A DNA stretch of 64,000 nucleotides from Felixounavirus LF82P9. The notes under the pieces are model-generated. The model was not told the DNA's origin. It searched no databases and worked only from the letters and a program-made list of their open reading frames with translations. Below, piece after piece: positions 48,163-56,758 of this stretch. Position numbers and translations under genes: made by a program. How positions within the stretch are numbered: the stretch's first letter is position 1; each line of letters opens with the position of its first letter. Where the stretch lies: sequence record OZ035757.1. One strand, 5' to 3'.

Positions 48163-48786
48163 TTAAATCAGTGTTTCCAGAACTGTCTTCAGTGATGACT
48201 TGGTTGTCTGATAAAAATGAGTAAAACCATTGTTGTTATCGAATATCTGCATCATGATATCATCACCCTTGATTGGGTAAACTCGGATATCATAGTGAAA
48301 ACCATTAAAGATACAAGAGCCATTACAGAATGCACTAAAGTCATCAACTGAGATATACTCTTCATGTCCTGTGATTTTTATACAAACGCCTTTACTCGGT
48401 CTCTTAGGGTTGATATCTTCCATAATAGACATACTCTGTCCACCAAGAGATACCATAGTGACCACTTTACGGTTCTTCTGTCTAAAGTACATTTTAACTT
48501 TCTGTAAAGTGTCTTCATAGAACGGGTAAGACCTTTCTACAAAGATTCCTTCAAGTGGCTCTTTACCATTTTCAACTTCTCTGTTATGCCGTACTGCAAA
48601 GATAATTTGTTCGAACCAGTCAAGATTTTCTTCGGAGAGTGCTTCTCGAACATCACTCCAGTCAAGTACTAGGTAGTTACCTTCAACTTCTTTTAAGTTA
48701 TCTTTTTCCATAGATATCACACCATTATCGTAAAACTTGATATTCTGGTACTGCGAATTTATTACTATTGTTCTTGATGAGGTCAT
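48163..48786 (-). CDS. hypothetical protein
   Basis: ORF track; 207 aa; start may be internal Met given 62-nt overlap. Confidence 0.5.
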   Translation of the reverse strand: MTSSRTIVINSQYQNIKFYDNGVISMEKDNLKEVEGNYLVLDWSDVREALSEENLDWFEQIIFAVRHNREVENGKEPLEGIFVERSYPFYEDTLQKVKMYFRQKNRKVVTMVSLGGQSMSIMEDINPKRPSKGVCIKITGHEEYISVDDFSAFCNGSCIFNGFHYDIRVYPIKGDDIMMQIFDNNNGFTHFYQTTKSSLKTVLETLI

Positions 48787-49189
48787 CCTCTGAAACTAAA
48801 AATGTAATACCACATAAGTGTCTGTAACGACTATCATACTCGAATATCTTAAACAGATATTTACCATCATGATAAACCTGTTGCACTTCACCTTCTGCAA
48901 CAATCTCGCCTGTAATAAAATTTTTTAGTTTATACACATTACCAACCTTAGGTACTGTTTTCATCTCAGGCTCTTTTAGTGCTACACCTATTTTTACATC
49001 ACCGAGTAAATGAGAACTCTCAAAAGCTACGTGTTTCATATAGGCTTCTGAGCATTCCCAAATAAAACAATGTACAAGAACCTTAGCAGCATGTCTTGAG
49101 CAGTTCAACTTATCACAAATTTCTGTGTACATCTCATCTTTAGTAGAATTGTCAAGCATTGCTCTTTGTACTATCTCTTTAACCTTCAT
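48725..49189 (-). CDS. hypothetical protein
   Basis: ORF track; Cys-rich. Confidence 0.45.
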   Translation of the reverse strand: MKVKEIVQRAMLDNSTKDEMYTEICDKLNCSRHAAKVLVHCFIWECSEAYMKHVAFESSHLLGDVKIGVALKEPEMKTVPKVGNVYKLKNFITGEIVAEGEVQQVYHDGKYLFKIFEYDSRYRHLCGITFLVSEDDLIKNNSNKFAVPEYQVLR

Positions 49190-49601
49190 AAGCTCTCCGA
49201 ATAACCCTATTAAGCATCTCTAAAGTCAGCTTTCCAGATTCTAAATGTGGCATAACAAGCTTTAAAGCTTTTTCAACATCATGCACAACATCTATTATAC
49301 CTTCTGCATAGGCTTCCACAAGGATATCTTTTACACCGATATAGCCTTCATTGATAATGATTTGCATATCAAAATCTTCTGATTGCTTGTTTAACTTACC
49401 TCTCCAATACCCATCAGCATTAAAAGATATCACTTCACACTCTTTAAAATCCATATCATCTGCATGGAATGGAGTAATTATTGTGCATTGGATTGGGTAC
49501 TCTACACCAGTGGTGTCAACATCAAAGACCTTCACAGAAGTAAGTGGTTTCTTTGTTTTAGAGCAGTAAACTGTCAATCTTTTACCAATAAGCTCTTTCA
49601 T
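49179..49601 (-). CDS. hypothetical protein
   Basis: ORF track. Confidence 0.5.
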   Translation of the reverse strand: MKELIGKRLTVYCSKTKKPLTSVKVFDVDTTGVEYPIQCTIITPFHADDMDFKECEVISFNADGYWRGKLNKQSEDFDMQIIINEGYIGVKDILVEAYAEGIIDVVHDVEKALKLVMPHLESGKLTLEMLNRVIRRAYEG

Positions 49602-49654
49602 TTCGCTACCTTCTAAGTTCTATAAAGGGGCTATCAAGTAACCCCCTCAAGTTA

Positions 49655-49879
49655 CTACTCAGACTTTTCAGTCTTCTTATCGGATTTCTTGCTAGTCTTC
49701 TTCTCAGCTTTCTGCTCAGGTTCCTTCTCAGAAGTTGCCTTGATAACCATATCAAGAAGTTCTGATAAGTCACTCTTCAGAAGCGTTACAGGCTGCTCAT
49801 TATAGAAGTTTTTGTCAAGATAAACTTTAAACTCTTCTATAGAAGGAAATCCAAAAATTGGTACAGGTGTCTTAATCAT
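49655..49879 (-). CDS. small charged protein
   Basis: ORF track; Lys/Glu-rich C-terminus. Confidence 0.4.
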   Translation of the reverse strand: MIKTPVPIFGFPSIEEFKVYLDKNFYNEQPVTLLKSDLSELLDMVIKATSEKEPEQKAEKKTSKKSDKKTEKSE

Positions 49880-49955
49880 TACTTAGTCTCTCCATAGGCA
49901 TCTTTTAAGATTGCCTTGTTAATCATTTCAGCGATTGCAAAACGAACACATACAG

Positions 49956-50489
49956 CTATAATTGTAGGTTGCATTCTTTACTTACCTCTTCAAGTTTAAC
50001 CTCAGAGTCCTTAAGTCGTTTCTTATGAACTCTGAATATCATTAGTGAGATGATGATACCAACTAAAGGAGCAGTATACAAGTACCAGATATCATGTAGC
50101 TTTGCAGTAATCTGTGTAATGGTCAAGTCTTGAGCTATGTAGCTGATTGCTGATACGGCTAGTAATGTTGCTAAGAAGAAAACCAGTATCATAACAATAT
50201 TCAGACAACCTCTGGCGTGGTATTCATGCTTAATGCACTTATTCTTCTCTTCAACAACCCTGTTGTAGTCATTTGTAAAGTCTCTGTAGAAAGCTTTCAA
50301 GTATTCTTGAGTGTAGCCTTCAAAGCAACCTGTACCGTACCAATAATCACCACCAAAATGTGCTATGATACCGGTATCTCCATTCGGTTTGGTTACTCTA
50401 AGAGAAGTATGATGACCAGTCTTCTGGTAATCTATTTTGTATCTTTCTTCGTAAATCATTTCCCAACCCCTCTCAATCGTTTGTTCCAC
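49956..50489 (-). CDS. membrane protein
   Basis: Two hydrophobic helices in C-terminal half. Confidence 0.45.
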   Translation of the reverse strand: MEQTIERGWEMIYEERYKIDYQKTGHHTSLRVTKPNGDTGIIAHFGGDYWYGTGCFEGYTQEYLKAFYRDFTNDYNRVVEEKNKCIKHEYHARGCLNIVMILVFFLATLLAVSAISYIAQDLTITQITAKLHDIWYLYTAPLVGIIISLMIFRVHKKRLKDSEVKLEEVSKECNLQL

Positions 50490-50674
50490 TCAAGGTCAAC
50501 AAGCCTTTGCAGGACTTTCCCTCTAGGTGTTACACCTTTTAAATCTGCATCGTAGCAACGGTAAAAGTCACCTTCAGCGTGTTTACCATAGCATTTTCTG
50601 ATATTCTGGCTCCTACGATACTGCTCTAACAGGGATAGTTTGTAGTAATCTTCAACTGTAGTTAACTTTTTCAT
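50456..50674 (-). CDS. hypothetical protein
   Basis: ORF track. Confidence 0.4.
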   Translation of the reverse strand: MKKLTTVEDYYKLSLLEQYRRSQNIRKCYGKHAEGDFYRCYDADLKGVTPRGKVLQRLVDLEWNKRLRGVGK

Positions 50675-51216
50675 TCTTTCACCATAGCATTTCTGAACTG
50701 GCGTTGTGTTTCTCTTGTAATTTCGTTTGGAGTAAACCCTGCTTTTAGCATATCTCTGAAAAGAACTTCTAAATGGTTCCTCTCAATGATGTAAATAGCA
50801 TTCTGAGTAGCTGTTTTACGCTCCTTCAGGTCACTACTAAGCTCTTCGCACTTACTGGTAAGCTCTGTGTCAACTTTCTTATAGACTGGCATAACATGTG
50901 CGTAGCAACCTTTATTAGTCTCCATGAAAAATTTAAAAGATTCTTCAGAGTCCTTTAGAGCAATCCCTATAAAGTTTTTGTAAGCACCTGTGAAAGATAA
51001 TGACTCAATCTCAGCAGTTGAGTATACAGTCCCTGCACACAGTCTTGCAGAAGTACTAAATGTGTGGTTTGGTGTTGTGTCAAAGTCTAAGTTCTTCAGT
51101 GGTCGGAAATAAACTGTACCGTTGTGTGAGATGTGTGTTACAACAGCCTCAACACTCTTTGAAGGATTCTGTTTAACATACAAAATGATTTTATCGTGTT
51201 CTTTCACTTTAGCCAT
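50671..51216 (-). CDS. hypothetical protein
   Basis: ORF track. Confidence 0.5.
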   Translation of the reverse strand: MAKVKEHDKIILYVKQNPSKSVEAVVTHISHNGTVYFRPLKNLDFDTTPNHTFSTSARLCAGTVYSTAEIESLSFTGAYKNFIGIALKDSEESFKFFMETNKGCYAHVMPVYKKVDTELTSKCEELSSDLKERKTATQNAIYIIERNHLEVLFRDMLKAGFTPNEITRETQRQFRNAMVKE

Positions 51217-51288
51217 ATCTACTCTCCAGAAACTAAAAAGGGAACTACCTCTCGATAGCTCCCATCATAATCAATATTATATACTCGG

Positions 51289-51870
51289 TCAAGAGTATTT
51301 TTTAGGCAGTAATGCACTGCGCTTGTTACTCTCTTCACTCAACAATGCAATGAAATCATCACTTTTACCTTTCCACGGGCTGAATGAAGGGATATGTTCA
51401 CGGATAGCCTCGATAACCGTCTTAAGTGCCGTGTTCTTCATCCACCAATCAGAATCTGCTGATGCTACCACGTAGTATCCACCGTCATCAGTTAAAATTG
51501 GCTCTGAAATACATGGTGAAATCAAAGTGGTGATGATTGAACCATTGTTCATGTAGTATGTGCGCTTCATAACCTTTTCAAGAAGCTTGTGAAGGTCACC
51601 AAACAGTGTTACAAGTTCTTTGTGGTCGATGTCTTTTTCGAGATTTGCTCGGTACTTCAATAGTGCAGCATCAACCTCTCTGTCATTAAACTTGAAGTAC
51701 TGGACTTCATCAACAAGGCAAACACTGATATTGTTAACATTCATAGTCAACTTGCAAACTTTTGCAGGAGAGTTGATACTTGGTTGAAAAAGTGCAATAC
51801 ACCCTTCAATGTTTCCAAAATGTTGGACTAGTGTTACTTGTGGAGTGATATTCTGTTGCTCTTCGGACAT
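51289..51870 (-). CDS. hypothetical protein
   Basis: ORF track. Confidence 0.5.
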   Translation of the reverse strand: MSEEQQNITPQVTLVQHFGNIEGCIALFQPSINSPAKVCKLTMNVNNISVCLVDEVQYFKFNDREVDAALLKYRANLEKDIDHKELVTLFGDLHKLLEKVMKRTYYMNNGSIITTLISPCISEPILTDDGGYYVVASADSDWWMKNTALKTVIEAIREHIPSFSPWKGKSDDFIALLSEESNKRSALLPKKYS

Positions 51871-52214
51871 TACAGTTTCCTCATTAAATACTTTTTAAGT
51901 TGTGTGTTAGGTTTCTCAAAAACTTCTATAGAAGATATCTTAACAGCTTCACCACGCATACCTGTATGTTTGAATATGTAGTACTCTAACATCCCTATGT
52001 ACTTTGCTGGTAAGTCATGCTTGACATACACCGTCACAGAATCTTCAAATTCAACGACCTTTGTACCATCTTTGTAGTTAAACTCTTTAGGATGGTTGTA
52101 GTTATCTATGTCGTACATTAAAAAGAGTCTTTTACGTTGTAAGTCAAGCTTATTTGTTAAAGACTCTTTGATATCTGAGAAGTTTTTGTACACTGTGACA
52201 TGGAGCTTACTCAT
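51870..52214 (-). CDS. hypothetical protein
   Basis: ORF track. Confidence 0.5.
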   Translation of the reverse strand: MSKLHVTVYKNFSDIKESLTNKLDLQRKRLFLMYDIDNYNHPKEFNYKDGTKVVEFEDSVTVYVKHDLPAKYIGMLEYYIFKHTGMRGEAVKISSIEVFEKPNTQLKKYLMRKL

Positions 52215-52500
52215 CGTTAAACTCTCTGACGAAGAAATAGTTGACTTTGTTATTACCTACCATAAGGTCAAAGCAGGTATTCTCAAAAGGTTTGTTGTAG
52301 GCATCATATGAAACATATGAGTCAGCTACTTGTTTAGTATTGAGCTTTTTACTTGATGGGTTTAAGAGGCCACCATATAGCTTCTTGATAGCCTCTTCTA
52401 CAACAGACCAGATAATTTCGTCAGTAATTTCTTCGTACAGGTCAAGTTCACGCTCTAGTGAGAAGTCACAAATAGGGAAAACAACCTGTACTTTACTCAT
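52207..52500 (-). CDS. hypothetical protein
   Basis: ORF track. Confidence 0.45.
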   Translation of the reverse strand: MSKVQVVFPICDFSLERELDLYEEITDEIIWSVVEEAIKKLYGGLLNPSSKKLNTKQVADSYVSYDAYNKPFENTCFDLMVGNNKVNYFFVREFNDE

Positions 52501-52889
52501 TAACGAATAACCTGTGAGACTTGAATTGCTTCAGTTACTGACAAATCACCTACTTTCTCTTCTTTGATAAAAGTGAAGGTGAGTTCAACAGGCTCTTGCT
52601 CTTCTTGCTCAACTGGAATGCCATTAAGCTCATCGCGGATTGATTGAGTTGTCCAGTCTTCTCCACCATCTGGATAATGGATGGCGTAACGAGGAAACTC
52701 CATATCATACCAGCCAAATACAGGGCAACCATCTTCATCATCTCGCATTCTGCGAAGGGTGCTACCTGAGCCTGTAAAGCGAAGACTAATATTCCCATTA
52801 CACTCAAAAATCACTGCGTCGGCAAGTCCAGCATCTTCTCGACCATCATGTCCAAAAGTGTCAACTTTTACTTGAATCTCTTTATTCAT
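52500..52889 (-). CDS. hypothetical protein
   Basis: ORF track. Confidence 0.5.
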   Translation of the reverse strand: MNKEIQVKVDTFGHDGREDAGLADAVIFECNGNISLRFTGSGSTLRRMRDDEDGCPVFGWYDMEFPRYAIHYPDGGEDWTTQSIRDELNGIPVEQEEQEPVELTFTFIKEEKVGDLSVTEAIQVSQVIR

Positions 52890-53280
52890 AAAAACCTCTC
52901 TCTGCTTGTTCGATTTTTGCTCTTAAAACTTCACAACGTTCTATGTGATATCTGGCCTCATGCTCATGTGTTGCCAAAGTCCTTTCAAGAACTGTTTTAT
53001 AGTAACTCGCAAGCTGCTCTCTTGTCAAGGGGTGTTCTGAAATAATATCAAGGCCACTTTCCCCTAGAGTATTAAACTGCCCGTGTTCATTTACATGGTA
53101 AGTCTCAAACTTGAACAGGCCGTTGTTAGCAGATTCAATAGGTGAGAGTTCAGCCAACTCAACAGTGAACATTGTGTGTACCCTATCACCAATTGTGACA
53201 ATGTTACTCCCAATGATTCTCACCATTGAGCCATTACGAGTGTACTTAAAAGTCCCAACATCATCAGCCCAAAGTTTCAT
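52882..53280 (-). CDS. hypothetical protein
   Basis: ORF track. Confidence 0.5.
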   Translation of the reverse strand: MKLWADDVGTFKYTRNGSMVRIIGSNIVTIGDRVHTMFTVELAELSPIESANNGLFKFETYHVNEHGQFNTLGESGLDIISEHPLTREQLASYYKTVLERTLATHEHEARYHIERCEVLRAKIEQAERGFYE

Positions 53281-53290
53281 AGTTTTCTCC

Positions 53291-53322
53291 TTAGAAAATA
53301 AAAAAGGCTCCCGAAGGAGCCT
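53291..53322 (-). terminator. rho-independent terminator (minus strand)
   Basis: Minus strand: stem aggctcc/ggagcct, 4-nt loop, then TTTTTATTTT; downstream of endolysin gene. Confidence 0.6.
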
Positions 53323-53331
53323 ATGAAGATA

Positions 53332-53796
53332 TTACTTTGGATATACACTGTCAAGATAAATGTCAGCTTCCATTCTACGTCTGTTTTTCAGGCCGTTTGA
53401 AGTGACCTTCTTACCTTTGACTGTGACCTTGTTCCACCACTGCATAGCTTCTGCACAACCAACCTTATTACCAGCATTGTGGCGCTTGATAAATGTGGAG
53501 TCCTGCATAGCCGTGATACCAATGTTGTATGTTTCACTTACAAGTGCATCAAACTCATTCTGAGAAGTTGGAACCTTGATAGCTTTGTTAACTGCTGCAA
53601 CGAATTTTTCAACATCTGCAAGAAGATACTGTTCAGCTTGTTCAGCCGTAATTTTCATACCCATCTTAACAGGCTTCCCACCAATACGGATTGTTCCATA
53701 CCCAATTGTGGGGATTCCAGCAGAATCTTCGTAAGCCTCTAGCTTAAGACCTTCAAAGAACTTAATAGCTTCTAAACCTTTTCTTGAGAGTTGCAT
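53332..53796 (-). CDS. endolysin, T4-lysozyme-type muramidase
   Basis: EGLKLEAYEDSAGIPTIGYGT matches the T4 lysozyme family catalytic block. Confidence 0.85.
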   Translation of the reverse strand: MQLSRKGLEAIKFFEGLKLEAYEDSAGIPTIGYGTIRIGGKPVKMGMKITAEQAEQYLLADVEKFVAAVNKAIKVPTSQNEFDALVSETYNIGITAMQDSTFIKRHNAGNKVGCAEAMQWWNKVTVKGKKVTSNGLKNRRRMEADIYLDSVYPK

Positions 53797-54680
53797 TATG
53801 CCTCCCCTGCTGGATTAACTGTAACTGTTGCCGCATTAGATGTTACAGAGCCGCCTGCACCAGTCACTACACAAGTGTAGCTTCCTGCATCAGCGGTGGT
53901 TGCACCTTCTTTGGTGTAAGTTGCAGTAGTTGCATCGAGGATGTCTTCCTCACCTTTCTTCCACTGGTAACCTGTCGCACCTGTTGCCACAACATTCAGC
54001 GTTAAGGTATCACCTTCAGTGATTTCTTGATTGGTTGGTTGCTGAGTGATTACCGGAAGTGCGTTCACAGTCACTGTTGCTGCATCTGAGGTAACACTTG
54101 TTCCACCCTCTCCAGATACAACACAAGTGTATGAACCAGCGTCAGAAGGTGCTACTGACTGTTTTGTGTAAGTTGCAGAATTGGCACTAGGGATATCCTC
54201 ACCATCCTTCTTCCACTGATATCCAGTGGCGTTAGTTGCTAGAATGCTTAGAGTAAGTGTGCCACCCTCTTTGACTGTTTGACCTGTTGGTTGCTGAGTA
54301 ATTGCTGGTGGCTTAATAGCATCCTTCAACTTAGCATTCAACATTGAGAACGGCTTAACTCTTGCCAACCATTCACAGTAAATTGTGTCAACATCTTTAC
54401 CATTGATGATTGCATACTGCAAATCCATGAAGAAATCAGCAGTTCTCATCTGTGCACCAACACTGTAAAGGAGTTCATCACTAAAAGGAACTTTGTAGTC
54501 TGGTTTGTAGTCAAACTTCTCAACTTCTGCAATATCAGCTTCAGGCCAATATGAACTATAGGTAAGTGGTAAAATAGCCTCTTGATATGTTCTAAAATCA
54601 TATCTCTTACCAGCCTTTACATTTGCAATGAAACCCTTCACAAACTCTTTGAAGTCTGGGTAAGTCTTTGCTTTAATCAT
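53796..54680 (-). CDS. protein with N-terminal conserved domain and two Ig-like repeats
   Basis: Two ~85-aa repeats each ending GSYTCVV..G...VTS..ATVTVN (Ig-like); N-terminal ~120 aa paralogous to 54677-55048. Confidence 0.5.
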   Translation of the reverse strand: MIKAKTYPDFKEFVKGFIANVKAGKRYDFRTYQEAILPLTYSSYWPEADIAEVEKFDYKPDYKVPFSDELLYSVGAQMRTADFFMDLQYAIINGKDVDTIYCEWLARVKPFSMLNAKLKDAIKPPAITQQPTGQTVKEGGTLTLSILATNATGYQWKKDGEDIPSANSATYTKQSVAPSDAGSYTCVVSGEGGTSVTSDAATVTVNALPVITQQPTNQEITEGDTLTLNVVATGATGYQWKKGEEDILDATTATYTKEGATTADAGSYTCVVTGAGGSVTSNAATVTVNPAGEA

Positions 54681-55048
54681 TTCTTTTTAGCCTCTAAATG
54701 TGCGTTTAGTCTAAAATAACCTTTGTGATGCGGAGATACATCACCAACAACAATACCTTTAACCTTATAGCCTTTACCAATTACATACTGGATATCCATA
54801 AGGAATCTCCCAAGACCAACAATATGGAACATTGGGTATAATAGGTTCTCAGAATCTGGAATATTGATTTCAGGTTTGTAGGTACGTTGTTTGCTTGTTG
54901 GTGTAATATCTTCTTCAGGCCATTTACTGAGTCTCCATGTCAAAGGTGTTGGGATAACATCATTAAGGTTGTACCTTTCACCATTTTGCACGGAATTGAT
55001 ATAGGATTGTAGGAAGCAATAAAAGTCTTTTGCACTCTTAGCTTTCAT
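54677..55048 (-). CDS. paralogue of N-terminal domain of 53796-54680
   Basis: Shared blocks (KAK..DF..F...YI..V..G.RY, WPE.DI, YKP, LLY, FLMD.QY.I). Confidence 0.5.
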   Translation of the reverse strand: MKAKSAKDFYCFLQSYINSVQNGERYNLNDVIPTPLTWRLSKWPEEDITPTSKQRTYKPEINIPDSENLLYPMFHIVGLGRFLMDIQYVIGKGYKVKGIVVGDVSPHHKGYFRLNAHLEAKKK

Positions 55049-55059
55049 TAAATATCCTT

Positions 55060-55087
55060 ATAAATAGTTAAAGGGGCATCAGCCCCT
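55060..55087 (-). terminator. possible terminator (minus strand)
   Basis: Stem aggggc/gcccct with 4-nt loop; weak A/T tract. Confidence 0.35.
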
Positions 55088-55095
55088 ATTCACAC

Positions 55096-55686
55096 TTAAG
55101 CTTTGGTCTTAAGTAGGTTCTTAAGTTTTTTAAGATTCATACTCTCATCAAACTTAAAACCAAATCCATTGACATAATCAATGAACTCGGATTTCTTACT
55201 GAGTGACAATGCGTAACTCATATCAAAGTTCTTACTTGTTTCTGCGTCTGGACTAGAGTTCACATCAAATGAAATTTCCGTAGGCTCTTGCTTACTTTTT
55301 CTCATATTATCAACCAACAAACATGTATAGTTTGCTGGATAGAAATTTACACTACCATCAACGTAGCTGTACTTATTATTATGGATAAGGTTGGAAAATA
55401 CCTTAAGGAATGTTTCTGAGTCGTGGCAAACAAGTTTGAATTGGCTGCTCTCTCCAAGCGCAACTAATGAGTACGGACTTTCACTATCAAAGTCATAATT
55501 TTGATTCGATGCCGTTACTGTTACACGCATCAAGTTATTAGCAATAGTCTTCTGTTTAAAAGAATTTTGAACATAGTGAAGACCTCTATCACACTGATTG
55601 ACTAGCTCTTTAAGCAGGTCATTTGCATATGGTGAATTAATTGATACAGAGCCATCACTATTGTAATTAAAACTTACTGTTAACAT
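55096..55686 (-). CDS. hypothetical protein
   Basis: ORF track. Confidence 0.5.
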   Translation of the reverse strand: MLTVSFNYNSDGSVSINSPYANDLLKELVNQCDRGLHYVQNSFKQKTIANNLMRVTVTASNQNYDFDSESPYSLVALGESSQFKLVCHDSETFLKVFSNLIHNNKYSYVDGSVNFYPANYTCLLVDNMRKSKQEPTEISFDVNSSPDAETSKNFDMSYALSLSKKSEFIDYVNGFGFKFDESMNLKKLKNLLKTKA

Positions 55687-55913
55687 TTTTCAGTTCTCCT
55701 GCGGTTTATAATTTTGCTGCAATAGAGAAACGAAGTAAACTCACTGGAAGAAACCATTAAGTGTTGTTCACTAGATTGAGCCATTGCCCTGAAATACATT
55801 CCAGTCAAAGCATCATAGTGACTATTCTTTCCAATTGAGGTTATATAGCCATGACTCTTTGCAGTTTGATATAAATCTATAATATCTGCGATTTCTAATT
55901 GGGAACTACACAT
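55680..55913 (-). CDS. hypothetical protein
   Basis: ORF track. Confidence 0.4.
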   Translation of the reverse strand: MCSSQLEIADIIDLYQTAKSHGYITSIGKNSHYDALTGMYFRAMAQSSEQHLMVSSSEFTSFLYCSKIINRRRTEKC

Positions 55914-56077
55914 AGATAATCCTCTTGTCTTCTGTAATTTTGAAAGAACAGGTACAGACCAATTTCAGAGGATGAATAGTAGAGTAACTCTACCCTTTTT
56001 GATTCCTTACAGTGATTGGTATTTTTACCTTTCTTCGGGTTGTTTGATTTTCTCATTAAGTCTCCTTTGTAGAACAA
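55895..56077 (-). CDS. hypothetical protein
   Basis: ORF track; first gene of minus block. Confidence 0.3.
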   Translation of the reverse strand: MFYKGDLMRKSNNPKKGKNTNHCKESKRVELLYYSSSEIGLYLFFQNYRRQEDYLCVVPN

Positions 56078-56155
56078 GGCAGACCTACAGCTTTAAGTAA
56101 GATGGTACAGTAATCCATACAACAAGTCAAGAACTATTGCAAGTTAAAAAAGTTG

Positions 56156-56184
56156 TTGACAAAGTACTTGACAAGGTGTAGGCT
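56156..56184 (+). promoter_or_regulatory. sigma70-like early promoter (tandem TTGACA boxes)
   Basis: gTTGACAaagtacTTGACAAGGTG then TAGGCT; same module at 12211; divergent intergenic region with inverted repeat AGATATC-N6-GATATCT downstream. Confidence 0.45.
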
Positions 56185-56305
56185 TATAAATACTTAGAAG
56201 ATAACTTAAAAGGTTCCTCTAAAAAGGCTATTTAAACAGATATCTTTCTGGATATCTATCTTTTATCTTAAAAGCCTTTTAAGAGGTCTTATAAGAGGCA
56301 TACCA

Positions 56306-56677
56306 ATGAAAAACAGAACAAACAAAGGCCAGTTTAAAAAAGGCCAGTCTGGAAACCCATCTGGAAGACCAAAAGGCTCTCGTAACAAAAGTTCACTCGT
56401 AAAAGCTCAACTGACCATTGATAATTCTGCTGAGTTCGCTGCAAAGCTGTTTGAGGCGATTGTTACAAGGGACGCGGCTAAGCTTGCAGAGTTCGGGTTA
56501 AACACAGATGACGTAACCATCAAGAGTATGATTGAGGTCGGTAAAACTATCTTTACTCACTCAGCAGGTGAGATGAAAGCACTTGCAGCAGACACTAAGA
56601 AGACTCCTGAGAATGGTGGTCAACAACAGACAGATAACAAACCAACGTTCTCTGCTGTAGCGACTCTTAAAAAATAA
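56306..56677 (+). CDS. basic protein with AT-hook-like N-terminus
   Basis: KGQSGNPSGRPKGSRNK motif near N-terminus. Confidence 0.45.
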   Translation: MKNRTNKGQFKKGQSGNPSGRPKGSRNKSSLVKAQLTIDNSAEFAAKLFEAIVTRDAAKLAEFGLNTDDVTIKSMIEVGKTIFTHSAGEMKALAADTKKTPENGGQQQTDNKPTFSAVATLKK

Positions 56678-56758
56678 TTTTAAAAGGTGTTGACAGACTC
56701 TACAAAGTTGCTCTAAAGTCTGTCACATCAAACAACAAATGAGAGAAGAGAGTAAAAT

